Source of the DNA: the human T2T-CHM13v2.0 reference genome, Homo sapiens
DNA length: 64,000 bases
NCBI RefSeq assembly: GCF_009914755.1
Contig: NC_060935.1
Strand: one strand, 5' to 3'
Each line of letters begins with the position of its first letter. Position 1 is the stretch's first letter. Below are positions 24,180-36,465 of the stretch, one piece after another. Made by a program: the position numbers and the translations under genes. The notes under the pieces are model-generated. The model saw only the letters and a list, made by a program, of their open reading frames with translations, searched no databases and was not told the origin of the DNA.

Positions 24180-25830
24180 TAAACACCACAGCCCCTGTCC
24201 TTAAGTCACTTACAATCTAGTGAGGGGGACAGTGCCTTAGAAACTCCAGTCCAATCTAGTAATTACCATGGAGATGTTTACACAGAGCCTGGAGAACATA
24301 ACTCTGCACTGGGGGAAAGGTAACTAGAGAAGGACTCCTCGAAGAGGGTAATACAAAAGCTAAGTTTTTCTCTTTTTTTCCTGTTTATTTTACATTGAAA
24401 GAGTTAACTTTATTGAGGCATACTGGACATAAAATAAACATAATATACTTAAGATGCACACTTTGATATGTTTTGACATAATTGTATACCCATGAAACCA
24501 TCGCCACAATCGGAATAATGAACATATTCATTAGCCCCAAGCTTTCTCTTGCCTCTTTGTAATGTCTTCTTCACCCCCTTATTTTCCCCTCCTCCTCAGG
24601 CAAACTATGACCTGCTTTCTGTCACTAAATATTACTTTACGTTTCCTAGAATTTTATATAAATGGAATCATATAGTACATACTCTTTTTTATCTGCCTCC
24701 ATTCATTGGCAAAATTATTTTGAAATTCATACCCGTGTTGTAGTGTGAGTCATTCTGTAGTTCATTCCTGTTTATCACTAGTCATCTTCCATTGTATGAA
24801 TCTACATGAATTTATTCATTCACTGGAAGATGGACATTTGGTGTTGTTTCCAGTTTTGGCTACTACAAACAAAGTTACATGAATATTTATGCAAAAGTCT
24901 CTGTATAAATATATGCTTTTATTTTTCTTGAGTAACTGCCTATGAGTAGAATGGCTGGATCATATGGTAGGCATATGTTTAATTTTTTTAAGAAACTGCC
25001 AAGCTATTTTTCAAAATGGCTGCACCGTTTTATATTCCCAGCAGCAATGTATAAGAGTTCCAGTCGTTCTACATCCTTGCCAACACTTGATATGGTCAGT
25101 CTTTCTCATTTAGGCCATTCTAATAAAAGTGTAGTGTTATCTCATTGTGGTGTGAATTTGTATTTTTCTTTTGACTAACAATGTTGAACAACTTTTCATG
25201 TGTTTATTTGCCATTTATATATATTCATTGATGAAGCATCTGTTCAAATCTTGTGGCCATTTTCCCATAGTTTTCTTTCTTATTATTAAGTTTTGAGAGT
25301 CCTTTATAAAATATGAATACAAGTCCTTTATTAGATATATGATTTGTAAATATCTTTTCCTAGTCTAAAGATTTTCTTTTTACTTGGAACTGAGTTTTGA
25401 AAGACAATTAAGTGTGGAATTTTGGCGGAAGTTGTGCCAAGAGGAAATAACACAAAAGAAAGAGATGAAAGTGTGGAAGAGCCTGGTGAGTTCTAAAAAG
25501 TACAGGTAGTTCTGAGTTGCTTGAATGTAGAGTCTGAGAGAGAGTGGCAAAGAATGGAGCTGGAGGAGTCATTATCTTAAAAGTGATAGGGAGCCAGTGA
25601 GGAATTTTAAACTGGGGAAAGGCATAGTCAGCTCTGCAATTTAGAAAGGTCATTAATGTAGTAACATGGAGAGAATAGGGAGCTAAGAATTGGGAGACTA
25701 TTTGAGAAAGACAATAGAGACCTGAAACAAGTGCGAATTATTATCTCTAGGCAAGGGAAGAGGACCTCTAAAAAAATACTAAGGGAGCTAGAACGTGTTG
25801 AGGCAGGATTACAGGCAGTCACATAAAGGA
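24180..25830 (-). mobile_element. L2 fragments split by the L1M insertion at 24385-25365
   Basis: CAGCCCCTGTCCTTAAGTCACTTACAATCTAGTGAGGGGGACAG before the insertion. After it, GAACTGAGTTTTGAAAG..GGGAGCCAGTGAGGAATTTTAA..TTTAGAAAGGTCATT. Confidence 0.6.
24385..25365 (-). mobile_element. L1MB/MC/MD-type LINE-1 3' region
   Basis: AACTTTATTGAGGCATA..CCATGAAACCATCGCCACAATC..GGCTGGATCATATGGTAGG..CATCCTTGCCAACACTTG is antisense ORF2 end/3' UTR. Confidence 0.85.
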
Positions 25831-25971
25831 AAAAGATGTGCCTTGTCCACACGCAGAGCAGCAGTGCTGAATGTCAAGTCAGTAGGATACCTGGCTTGAA
25901 ACGCATTTTCCCAATTTGGTGATGGATTTCTATTGACCTATCACAAGCAGACCCAAATTTAAGAAATGGCT

Positions 25972-26550
25972 TGCATTAGTTGGGCTCTCCAGAGAAACAG
26001 AGTCGATAGGATGAAGGATAGATTAATTGATGGTTAGACTAGATAGATAGATAGATAGATAATGATAAAGGGGACACTTATTATAGGAATTGGCTCACAG
26101 AATTATGGAATTTGAGAAGTCCCATAATATGCTATCTGAAAGCTGGAGAACAAGGAAAGCTGGTGGGATAATTCAGTCCAAGTCTGAAGGCCTGAGAGAG
26201 GGGGGCGTTGTGGAGGAGGGTGTTGGGCAAGTATAAGTCCAAGACACAGAAAGCCCAAGAGTCAAGAGTTCGGATGTCCAAGAACAAGAGGAGATGAATG
26301 TCCTAGCTCCAGAAGAAAGAAAGATCACTCTTCCTCCTCTTTTTGTTTTATTAGGACCCTCGATGGATTGAATAATGCCTGACCACAGTGGGCATCATTG
26401 GTAAAGGAAAATCTCTTTTACTCAGTCTACTGATTCAAATGCTAGTCTCTTCCAGAGACATCCTCACAAACATACCCAGAAACAATGTTTCACCCGCTAT
26501 CTGGGCTTCCCTTAGCCCAGTAAAGTTGACAAATAAATTAACCATGACAC
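25972..26550 (-). mobile_element. MLT2 (B/D-like) ERVL solo LTR containing (GATA)n
   Basis: TGCATTAGTTGGGCTCTCCAGAGAAACAGA..GGAATTGGCTCACAG..CCCAGTAAAGTTGACAAATAAATTAACCATGACA, with (TAGA)n at ~26040-26060. Confidence 0.85.
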
Positions 26551-26574
26551 TGCTTAACATGACTGCAAGGATCC

Positions 26575-26760
26575 AGGCTCTATTCTAAGCCTTCATATAC
26601 ATGCTATTTTGTCTAACCCTCACAACAATCCAGAGAGGAAAGGGTTGGTCCTAGGATATTGATTTCACAAATGAGAAAAGGATCAGAAAAATCAAGTGGC
26701 TTGTCCAAATTTCCAGTGCTAGTAAGTAGCAATACTGAGATTCTTGATCCAAGTTCAGAC
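26575..26760 (-). mobile_element. MIR SINE
   Basis: TAACCCTCACAACAATCC..ATTTCACAAATGAGAAAA..AAGTGGCTTGTCCAA. Confidence 0.6.
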
Positions 26761-27059
26761 TTTTTCATGGCAACCTTCTGCATCTGCAATGAACCAGCTA
26801 GAGTTAGTTAGGACACCTGAGGCTTAAGGGAGAGGCCAACTGAACTATACAATGACAAACTGCAAGTTTTTGACCTCCTTAACATCTATCCCCAAAGGCA
26901 TCATCAGAAGGATGATGGCCATCTGTTCCCCACACTCACTTGAAGCTCAACAGGAGAAAATTGGCTTAAAGTAGAGCTGTAAGAATGACTGTCATGCATT
27001 ATTAATAAAACAAGCCTTTGCATGAAGGGTATGGGGCACTAGAACAAATTTCTAATAAA

Positions 27060-27295
27060 ATGTCTAACATTATTGAATTTTCCCTCCAAGTGCTAGAAGC
27101 TTCACATAGAATATTTCATTGCATTCTTGCAATAGCCTTATGGGGTGGGTACTATTATTGTGCCCCATTTGCAAATAAAGACCTCAAGTCCTGGAGGGTA
27201 ATAAAACTTACCCAAGGTCACACAGTTAGTGAGTGGCAGCACTAGAATTTGAATCTGTGTCTGTCTGACTCCAGTCGTGCAACACTTACTGCCTC
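27060..27295 (-). mobile_element. MIR SINE
   Basis: CCCCATTTGCAAATAA..ACTTACCCAAGGTCACACAGTTAGTGAGTGGCAG..ATTTGAATCTG..CTGACTCCAG. Confidence 0.75.
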
Positions 27296-27596
27296 CGGGC
27301 AGACCCATGGTATTCCAGAAGATGTGTAAGGCAAGGCAGACACCGAGGCAGGGCAGTCTAGAAAATTACCCTTTTGGGGTGAAAACTCTGATGCCCCTGC
27401 CACAGCCTAGGTGGTTCTAAAACAAACCCATGATCCTGAGAAGACCTGCCTCCATCAACAATGATGGTCCCAGGGCAGACGTCTGAGGGACAGACAAATG
27501 GTACTTTCCAGGAAGAGAACAGAAGTCAATGGCAGCCTCCTCCTGGAGATGAAAATGAGATCCTCCCAATCTCATTAGGTTCAGAAAACTCCTTAC

Positions 27597-27980
27597 CAGC
27601 GTCGGGCCATCAGAAGCCCCTTTCCCCGCTCCCCTGCCTTCCCCCTCACAGCGTTCCCTCTTGGCGTGTCTTGGCACTGCCATAGTATACTGGGCATGAG
27701 CAGCGTCTTCGCGAGTCCTCACCTCCCCAGCGCTCCCGAGAACCTCCACGCATGTTAGCTAGTCTGTCTCTGCCCTGGCCGACCTCACTCGGTGCTATGG
27801 GACACTGGCTCCCCAAGCTTAGTGAGGAGGCAGCCCCCACTCTGAGCAGGAGCTGCAGAGTTCATCCGGCTTCCCTGTTTAGCTCTTTTCCGTTTCTCTT
27901 CCTTCATTAGGTGCCTCCCTTCCTCCGTGCCTTCTGTCTTCCCTTCGGTTTCTAATAGTGATCGAGTATAAACTGTTCGG
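27597..27980 (-). promoter_or_regulatory. CpG-enriched segment ending in a strong 5' splice site (candidate first exon of a minus-strand transcript)
   Basis: Clustered CpGs in non-repeat DNA. Minus-strand donors CTG|GTAAGG at 27597/27596 and GAG|GTGAGG at ~27723. Confidence 0.3.
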
Positions 27981-28347
27981 TCTGGCCTGGGCCAAGTGCT
28001 GGGGTCCACTGGGGAGTAAGCCAGACTCAATCCCCTTCTCTGGAAGCTTGCCGTCAGTTACAGAGATGGAATTAAGCAAACAATCCCGTGATGACTAAAA
28101 TTACAGCAGTGATGAGTGCTCCAAAGCTATGAAGGGGACATCCTGGGAGTGGGAGAACATACAACGAAACACTGGGCGGGAAAGAGCAGAGGGTTTGCTA
28201 AGAAAAATGACATTTAAATTGAAATCTCAAGGGCAAGAGGAAATGCATCAGGAGAAGGAGAGGCTGGGAGAGGGGTCTGGAGAAGGGGGAGCTGCAAAGG
28301 TGGGCAGGATCTAAACTCGGAGAAGATTCTGCAGTTTACCTAGATGA

Positions 28348-28658
<311 letters not shown>

Positions 28659-29384
28659 GGGATATGTTTTTGAGGATTTCAAGGCAAGATTTGCATTTTT
28701 AAATGCCCTCTTTGAAGTTAGGAATACAGATTTGGAGAAAGGGGCTACAGGAGAATCAGTTCAGAAGGTTATTATTGTTATTCAGGAAGAAAAAGGATGA
28801 TGAAGATGTTCCGGATGATGAAGGAGGAAGACAGCAGCTTACATTCAAGTAGCAGTATCAGAGCTGGAGAGAAGTAGAGATATTTAGGTGGTAGATCACA
28901 GAACTTGGCAATTGACCAGAGTGAGGGCAAGAGAGAGGGAGGTGTCAGAGATAATTCTCAGGTTTCTGGCAAGAGCAACTCTTCCTCCTCCACATCTCCC
29001 CAATATGCCATCTCCTTCTCTTTTCCCAGCTCATCAAAGAAATAGAGTGCAGGCTATCCAGAGGATAGAATATTGCAGCATTAATGCTATTTTTGCACCG
29101 TGAAACCTGGAGGTAAAAATCTCTCTACTTGTTATATAAGAAGTGGTAAATGTCACGAGATAGGTTTGCTCCAACTCTAGGGCTTCCAACTTGTTTCCGA
29201 TTAATCCAACACCTGTGTTTGGCTCTAAAAGGCTGCTGGGGTAGGAATCACATTGCTTCAGCCAACTTGCTGGACTGTCTCCTCTAGAGAAACATAAATT
29301 CTTGTGTGGCAAGAAATAATCCTGCAGAATTTATCCTGAATTTTAGGTAGAAAAAGTTTGTATTGACTTCTGTTTGAATGTTTC

Positions 29385-29950
29385 TATCTTTTTTCTCTAA
29401 ATTAAGATAAAATCCACATGCCATATAATTCACCCATTTAAATTATATAATTCAGTCATTTTCAGGGTGTTCACAGAGTGGTTTAACCATCACCACAAAC
29501 AATTTTGGGATATATTAGTCACCCCAAAAAGAAAATTCATGTTCATTAAAAGTCATTTTCTATTTATCTCCAATCCCTCCCTTCCTCAACTCCAGGCAGA
29601 CACTAAAACACCCTCTGCTCCTATATATTTGCATATTATGGATGTTTTGTACAAATAGAATAATACAGTATGCAGTCTTTTGTGTCTGGTTTCTTTCACT
29701 TAGCCTAATGTTTTCAAAGTTCATCTTTTTGCTGCTCATATCAGTATATTATTTGTTTTTATGGACAAATAGTATTCCATTGAATAGCTACGCCATATTT
29801 ATCTATTCATCAGTTGATGGATACTTAGATTTTTTCCACTTTGGGGTTATTATGAATAATGTTGCTATGAACATTTTGTACAAGTTTTTGTTTGGACATA
29901 TGTCTTCATTTTCCTTGAGTATCTACCTAGGAGTTGGAATTGCTGGGTGT
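29385..29950 (-). mobile_element. L1MB-type LINE-1 3' end
   Basis: ATAATTCACCCATTTAAA..GTTCACAGAGTGGTTTAACCATCACCAC..CTATTCATCAGTTGATGGATAC..CCTAGGAGTTGGAATTGCTGGGT. Confidence 0.85.
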
Positions 29951-31345
29951 TTGAAGGCAATTCCATCTTAGAGGCAAAGATCATACCAGCTTTTAATTCA
30001 TGTGCCTTTGTATAAAATGTGCTAGACATATCTTCAGAAGGAAGATAAAAAAGTACTGTTAGAGAGTCTGCAGTTTTAAGGACTGAAAGAATGTGCCTAT
30101 AAATATGCTTTCTTGCAAATACATATGTTAGTTACAGCCATAATGCTGAAGGAAGGTTTAAGGAAGCAACATGTAAATACATGCTAATTAGTGTAGTGTG
30201 AACTAAGAATGTGAGTGTAAAGGTAAGAGATTAGTAAGAAGGCCTGGGATTGAGATAAATCAGGGTCTTGAATGTTCCATTGAGTTCACTTCCATCATTA
30301 CTTACTAACTCAGTGCTCTGAAAGAGCTAATGCAACTTCAACCATCCCCTACATTTGCAGGTCAGAGTGAGAATAGGGGAAAACCTAGTCTAGCTGTTTA
30401 AATGCAACCACGTTCTTAAGGTCATCACATACATTCTGCCAACAGTTTTTGGCAGAACACATATCATTAGGCAAACAGTGACCCTATGTCCACCAAGTAC
30501 ACTGCAGGAAGGCCACCTGAGCACAACAAGAGGGAAAAAAATGCAGCCTAGAGGGAAGGGATAACCAAAGAACAAGCTCAGAGGCAGAAAACATCTAAAT
30601 GACAAAAGAGGTTACTCCCCTCCAAGGGAGAACGGGCTGGACAATACACATAGGGGAAGACCTCTGGCCCCTCGGTGTTGGTGCAAGAAGAATACCAGCA
30701 GAGAATGCCACAAAATGATGGCACTCTTACATCAGCAGCACCAGGGCAGGAAGAAAAGACTCCCATCAAAATGAGAATGCCTGGGCTGCAGACCCTCCAG
30801 GGCCACTGAGACTGGAACATGTATCCATGATCACTCAGCTGGGCGAAGTTTGGCATGCAACATCCTGAAATGTGGAGTGAAGACCAGGAATTTGCAGAGC
30901 CCCACAGCTCCTGCTTCTCATTAATGATGGGCACTTCTGGCTCTAAGATACAAGTTTGGAAGGTTTTGCAGGGGAATGGGGGAAACCCCTAATTTTCACT
31001 GGTTGTCATTAATTATCTTGCAGGATCAAACATCCAAGCTTGGCCATTTCTTTTCCACGCACAGAAAGGCCCAGCAGGAATCTAGGTGGTCTATCCTGAG
31101 TTTTTGCTCTACTCCCATATCCATTCTCCTGCTTTTGCTCCATATTTGATGTACCTACTTAAAATTAAAATTTGACACTGGGTTCAGAACTGAAGGCTTT
31201 TAAGCTCCCCTTTCTGGGACTGTAATATAGACATATAGAAATATATAGAAAGCCAGGAACAGTATAGTGAAGTTCTTCAAATCTCAGAACAGGGGCTGGA
31301 ATCCAGACACCAGGCCCCATCAGAAACACAAGTGTTCAGATACGA

Positions 31346-31437
31346 TCAAAGACAATACTCTGCGGTCAGTTACCTGTTTAGTCTTCAAGTTCAAAGACAA
31401 TATCCTGCGGTCAGTTACCTGTTTAGTCTTCGAGTTC
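31346..31437. repeat. Tandem duplication, 2 x 45 bp
   Basis: TCAAAGACAATACTCTGCGGTCAGTTACCTGTTTAGTCTTCAAGT (31346-31390) versus TCAAAGACAATATCCTGCGGTCAGTTACCTGTTTAGTCTTCGAGT (31391-31435), 42/45 identical. Confidence 0.97.
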
Positions 31438-32725
31438 TCGATCTCCTCAAGCAAACAAGGATGAGCTAGTCGCCTTATATCAGGATGGGCTGCAAAGTTG
31501 GTTCAGACCTCCTCAGGCTTGCCAGGGAACTAAGAGGGGGCTTGGCACTAGAAACAAACAGAACCAAGGTGCTTCCAGTTTCCCAGCCCTCCTTGCCACA
31601 CCCATCTTGCAGAAGCAGGGTCCTGGCAGATTTGTTGGGTTTTGAGCCACTTGTTGAGTATTGACAGAACCAGGCCGGCTAACAAGAGGATGAGCCCTCA
31701 GAGCCTTCTAGTGTTTGGGGAAATCAACAAGAGAAGACTCTGACACTCTACAGCTCTCAGGTGCTTTTTCTCCCACTTTGCCTGCCACTTTTTCACCTTC
31801 CTTCAAGGTACTGTCCCTCAGTAAAGCCATTGGCTTCTTTCCCATGTTTTGAATCACCACAGGTTGTTTTGCAGCAAATGGATGGAGGAAGGAGGAAAAA
31901 AATCTGTTACCAGCTCAAGTACATTTTGCTCTGTTAATCAGCATTTAAAAAATTATCTTTTTCATTCCTTAGAGAAGTTGGCAGAGGTTCCCAACTGTTT
32001 TGAGAAAATGTAACCACCAGACCATCTGGGGCTGACATTTTCAACATGGCAGTCAGGGGAGCTCATCTCACGCGCTCTGTGGCTGATAGAGAATGCAGCT
32101 TCTGCAGGATCCCCCAGGCCAGGTGGTGGTATACGGAAGCCTCTTGCATACAGGCTCACTTAGAATCGCGCCCTCTGCCCTACAGCTTTTCTAAGGCCTC
32201 TTCCCCAGCTCCCCCCATGCCAGAGATGCAGGCTTTCAGAGACTGTATCTTGTAATATTAGTAATAAATGTTGACTCTGAGAATATAAAAATGCCCTCCA
32301 AGTTTGAAGATCCACTCTTGTTAAATAAAACTTAGGACCACAAGAGACAAAGATGAAAGTACATATATATGTTTACATGTGAAGCAAGAGTGATTGTTTA
32401 GCTAACAAGACTGGGGAACGAAGATTTCTTAATAACTAGGTCAGCCAAGGGCAGTTAAGGGAATTGTACAGAACAGCATAGAATCATTGGTGAGTCCCTC
32501 CAGGCCTCCTAAACACTTGCAGAGCCAAAGTCCACCTAATAGCTATTACTGCTGCTGAAGTCGGCTATCCCAGTGCTACAGATCTCATCCTTATTAACCA
32601 CAGAACAGTCCTCACGGGTGCCAGCTGGCCCATGTCAAGACACAGATGACTGACCACCTCCCTTAATTACTTTCCCGGCAAACCACCCCACCTTTTACTC
32701 ATTTAGGTTCACACCGCATACTTCA

Positions 32726-32807
32726 CAAAGATAAACATAAAGAAAGTCCTTGCTTTTTGGGAAATGTGGCTGGTTAGAGGCAAGGACATTCTTTATGTTT
32801 ATCTTTG
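32726..32807. repeat. Near-perfect inverted repeat with 28-bp arms and a 26-nt loop
   Basis: CAAAGATAAACATAAAGAAAGTCCTTGC (32726-32753) versus GCAAGGACATTCTTTATGTTTATCTTTG (32780-32807), 27/28 complementary. Confidence 0.95.
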
Positions 32808-33084
32808 CCACTAACCATCATCTTTCTCACCTAATATTAATGCAATTGGGACCAAAACTAGATGATCCCTGAGAAAACCCCCTAGGAAAAGTATGTGAGC
32901 TCAATCCTGCAATCGCTCTCCACCAAAGTTCTTGTTCATCAGCCATTGGCCACTATGATATAAGAAAAAGCCAGGATAAATCAAAATAAACTACAATGGA
33001 TGTATCACTTCTGTGCGTTTCCATGCTGAGGTGGTAAAGGCTTTGCTCTAGGGTAGTAATTGCCGTGTATAATTAGAAGGCAAT

Positions 33085-33612
33085 TATGTTCAAAACACAC
33101 TTAGGGAAGCTGGGATTCCCTGTGCCCAGCACTGTGCCAGGGGTAGGAATACTGAGACAAGCAATTCGCCATCTAGGCAAGAGAGCCAAAGCATCACTGT
33201 GATGAATGCCTTCGGAGAAGGAAGCCTGTGCAGCTGAGACCAGATGACTTTCCATAATAGGTGAGGCCCTGGCTGGCTTTTAAAGGAAGAGTAGGAGTTA
33301 CTTGGACTAAGACACATAGGAAGAGAGAGGCAAGCAGAGGGAAGACCATGTGGATGCCTCGGAGGTGCTAAACAGCTTCAACTTCAAGTATTTAGGAAGA
33401 GCTAATGAAAAGAGTGTATGTGGAAGACTGGTGGGAAAGGAAGTCAGGGATGCCAACGGGACCATTTTGGGAAGGGCTTTGTGCCCTAAAAGCTGAGGCA
33501 TTGAATAGTGTCTACTGTGGCACTGCATACTTAAAGTGATAGCCAGCATTGAGAGATTCTTCTGCATCAGAACCCTAAGCTCAGACTTGTCGTTAGAAAA
33601 GACAAGTCTTTT
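33085..33612 (-). mobile_element. L2 fragment
   Basis: CTGTGCCCAGCACTGTGCCAGG..GGGACCATTTTGGGAAGGGCTTTGTG..TTAGAAAAGAC. Confidence 0.55.
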
Positions 33613-33653
33613 CTACATGATGCCTGTAATTACATGATTACATGTTTACATGA

Positions 33654-33938
33654 TGCCTGTAATCCCAGCAATTTGGGAGGCTGAGGCAGGTGGATTGCTT
33701 GAGCCCAGAAGCTCAAGCCCAGCCTAGACAACATGGTGAGACCCTCATCTCTACAGAAAAATACAAAAATTAGTTGGGCATGGAGGTGCACACCTGTGGT
33801 CCCAGCTACTCCAGAGGCTGAGGCAGGAGGATCAGCTGAGCCCAGGGAAGTTGAGTCTGCAGTGAGCTGTGATTGTGCCACTGCAATCCACCCTGGGTGA
33901 CAAAGGGAGACCTTGTCTCAAAAAGAAAGAAAGAAAGA
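33654..33938 (+). mobile_element. AluJ SINE lacking its first ~18 nt
   Basis: GGATTGCTTGAGCCCAG and GGAGGATCAGCTGAGCCCAGG..TGCAGTGAGCTGTGATTG are J-type positions. The tail is (GAAA)n. Confidence 0.9.
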
Positions 33939-34029
33939 TCACAAGGAGATGAGATTCCAGCACACAGAACATCCATGATGAGGTTCCAAGGAGAAGGCAG
34001 TGCTACAATCAAACAGACCTGGGTTAATC

Positions 34030-34600
34030 CTCTCCTCACCCCAGCCCGTGGAAACCACTTCTCTGCCTCCTGTCCTATAGTTTGTCTTTTCCAGAATGTC
34101 CTACAACTGGAATAATAGAGTCATTGGCTTTTTGAGTCTGGCTTCTTTCACTTAGCGTAATGCATCAGACGTCCAGCCACGTAGTTGCAGGTGTCAGTCG
34201 TCTTATTGCTGAGTAGCATTCTTCTGGGTGGGTGCAACACAGCTTATTTATTCATTCCCTGGCTGAAGGACATTGGGGTTCTTTCCACATTATTGGAGAT
34301 TATGAATAAAGCTGCTATAAACATTCACATACAGGTTTTATATACACGTAGCTTTCTTTAACTCAGGCAAATACCTAGGAGTGGGATTGCTGGGTTGCAT
34401 GGTAAATGTATGTTTAAGTTTATAAAAATTGCCAAACTCATTGCCAAGGTGACTGTACTATATTGTATTTCCACCCCAAATGTACCAGAGTTCCAGTTGC
34501 TCTACCTCATTGCCATCACAGCAAAGTAAGAAGCATGCAGTCTTATCTCACTATGCGTTTGATTTGCATTTTCCTAATGACTGATGATGTTGAGTATTGA
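34030..34600 (-). mobile_element. L1MB/MC-type LINE-1 fragment
   Basis: GTCTGGCTTCTTTCACTTAGCGTAATG..AAAGCTGCTATAAACATTCAC..CCTAGGAGTGGGATTGCTGGG..TTTGCATTTTCCTAATGACTGATGATGTTGAG. Confidence 0.85.
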
Positions 34601-36231
34601 CTATCTTTTGACTGAAAACATTGGTTGGCACATAATGGGTGCTCTGTACATACTTGCTGCATAAATAAATCAATGTCACCATTATCATCCCCTTTACCAT
34701 CATCATTTCTGCAAGAAGAGATGAGAGACTGCGCCAACGCAGTGACAATCGTACAGAAGAAACATTAAGGAGAAAGAAGTGAATGGTCTTGGTGATTAAT
34801 GTAAGGGTGAATAAGACTCATCTGCAATGACTCTCTGGCTTCTGAATTGAGTGGTCTGGTAGGTGTGATGCCAGTCAGTGAGACAGGGAGTACAAGAGGA
34901 GGAGCAGGGGGTGGAGGGGAAGAGGCCAATCCCAGTTTTGAACATGGTAAGCCTGAGATAACCATGGGACAATCAAGTGGACAGTACTGGAGGCCAGGAG
35001 CTGGGCTTTTTCTTGTTCATGACTGTGCTCTGAGCACCTACAGATTTAGGAATGAACAGCACATCTTATTTGTCTTATATCCTTTCGCATTTTCCACAAT
35101 ATCCCTGAAACTTCAGCCATAGATAAGGATGTGCCTTTCAGAAGATTCACTTCCCCAGGTTCACAATGTTAATGAGTAATTTGCCAGGACTTGAACTTGT
35201 ACTCGCCAAGGGCCATTTTTAGCACTTAGGAGGAATTGGGAAAACATGGCAATTACACACAGGAGCCCTTTCTGGGCAGATGACACTTCCTGCAGCTGCT
35301 ATGATGCTGGGCTGGATCACACGGTTTGCCAAGTGGAACCCAGGGTGGATTTCAGCTTGTCCTCACCCCTTCAGACAAGCATCCTTGTACAGGCACAACC
35401 ACGCATGTAGACCTTGCCTCTGATACCAACACCTGTGCTGCTCAACCACCTCATGCTGCTTCCAATTCCACTGGTCAGTGAACATAAGCCATGGTATTTA
35501 AAACCAAGCCTCACTTACATATTAATACAGGCTATTAACTATACTGAAGGAAACTGCAACTTACAAACTTCCCCAGGAATAAGTATGTCAACTCTAAGTT
35601 ATGTATGTCCCACTTTTGGGTGTTTTATAGTCATTATCAATTTCATAATGTCTTTCAAGTGCAAAAATAACAAGCATGTTGAATATAGTACTAAGAAGAG
35701 GCAGTGGCCACAATGAAATAAAATTTAAATTTACGCCGATGTATGGGTATCCATTATCTATAAATATCACATGGATGTTACATGCAACAACGTCTACAGA
35801 TACAGGAGTTTTTGTATCTGCATATATAACTTAATATGATTTATCATATCTTTAATAAATCTGTATATAAAGCCAAATTTTATAATAGGGCAAGAGGTCT
35901 TGTCAGTCTTTCATTTCCCTGCCCACCTTACCTTCTCACTCCCTCACATTAAGAGGAAAGGCAGTTCACATAGGATATCTCACCTCCATGTCAACTGCTT
36001 CCTCTCTCAGTGCAGGGAGTGAGTCCGGGGGGTGGCTGAAGAGGAGATCAACTATAGATCTGTCTTCAAGAGAGGGCTTTACACCCCCACACCAACAAAC
36101 CCTGACCCAAGGTAGCGATGGGTCAACAGCAAAAAATTCCAAGGGCTGGAAAATTCAGAGCACCTGTCCTGGTTTTTGAGATGCCAATAGTTCCTGTATG
36201 AAAGCTGATTTGTATGTGGAAGACAGAATCG

Positions 36232-36465
36232 TCAAATAATAATAGCTACTGTATAGCACCTGTGTGTACCATGCACTGTCCTAAAAGCATTATACACATT
36301 AAGTCACTTAATCTTCACAACAAAACTGAGTTTTATATTATTAGTAACCCCATTTCACAGATAAGCAAACTGAGGCACAGAGAGCTAAAGATCACAAAGA
36401 GCTAGCAAATGTCAGAATCCGTATTCAAACCAGAGTCCACACAATCAGCCACTACACCATTCTGC
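36232..36465 (-). mobile_element. MIR SINE
   Basis: AATAATAATAGCTAC..TAATCTTCACAACAA..CCCCATTTCACAGATAAGCAAACTGAGGCACAGAGAG. Confidence 0.85.

Noticed and set aside
35798-35820. Small hairpin AGATACA-GGAGTTTT-TGTATCT
   Set aside because: An ~8-bp stem in AT-rich DNA is expected by chance, and bacterial terminator logic does not apply.
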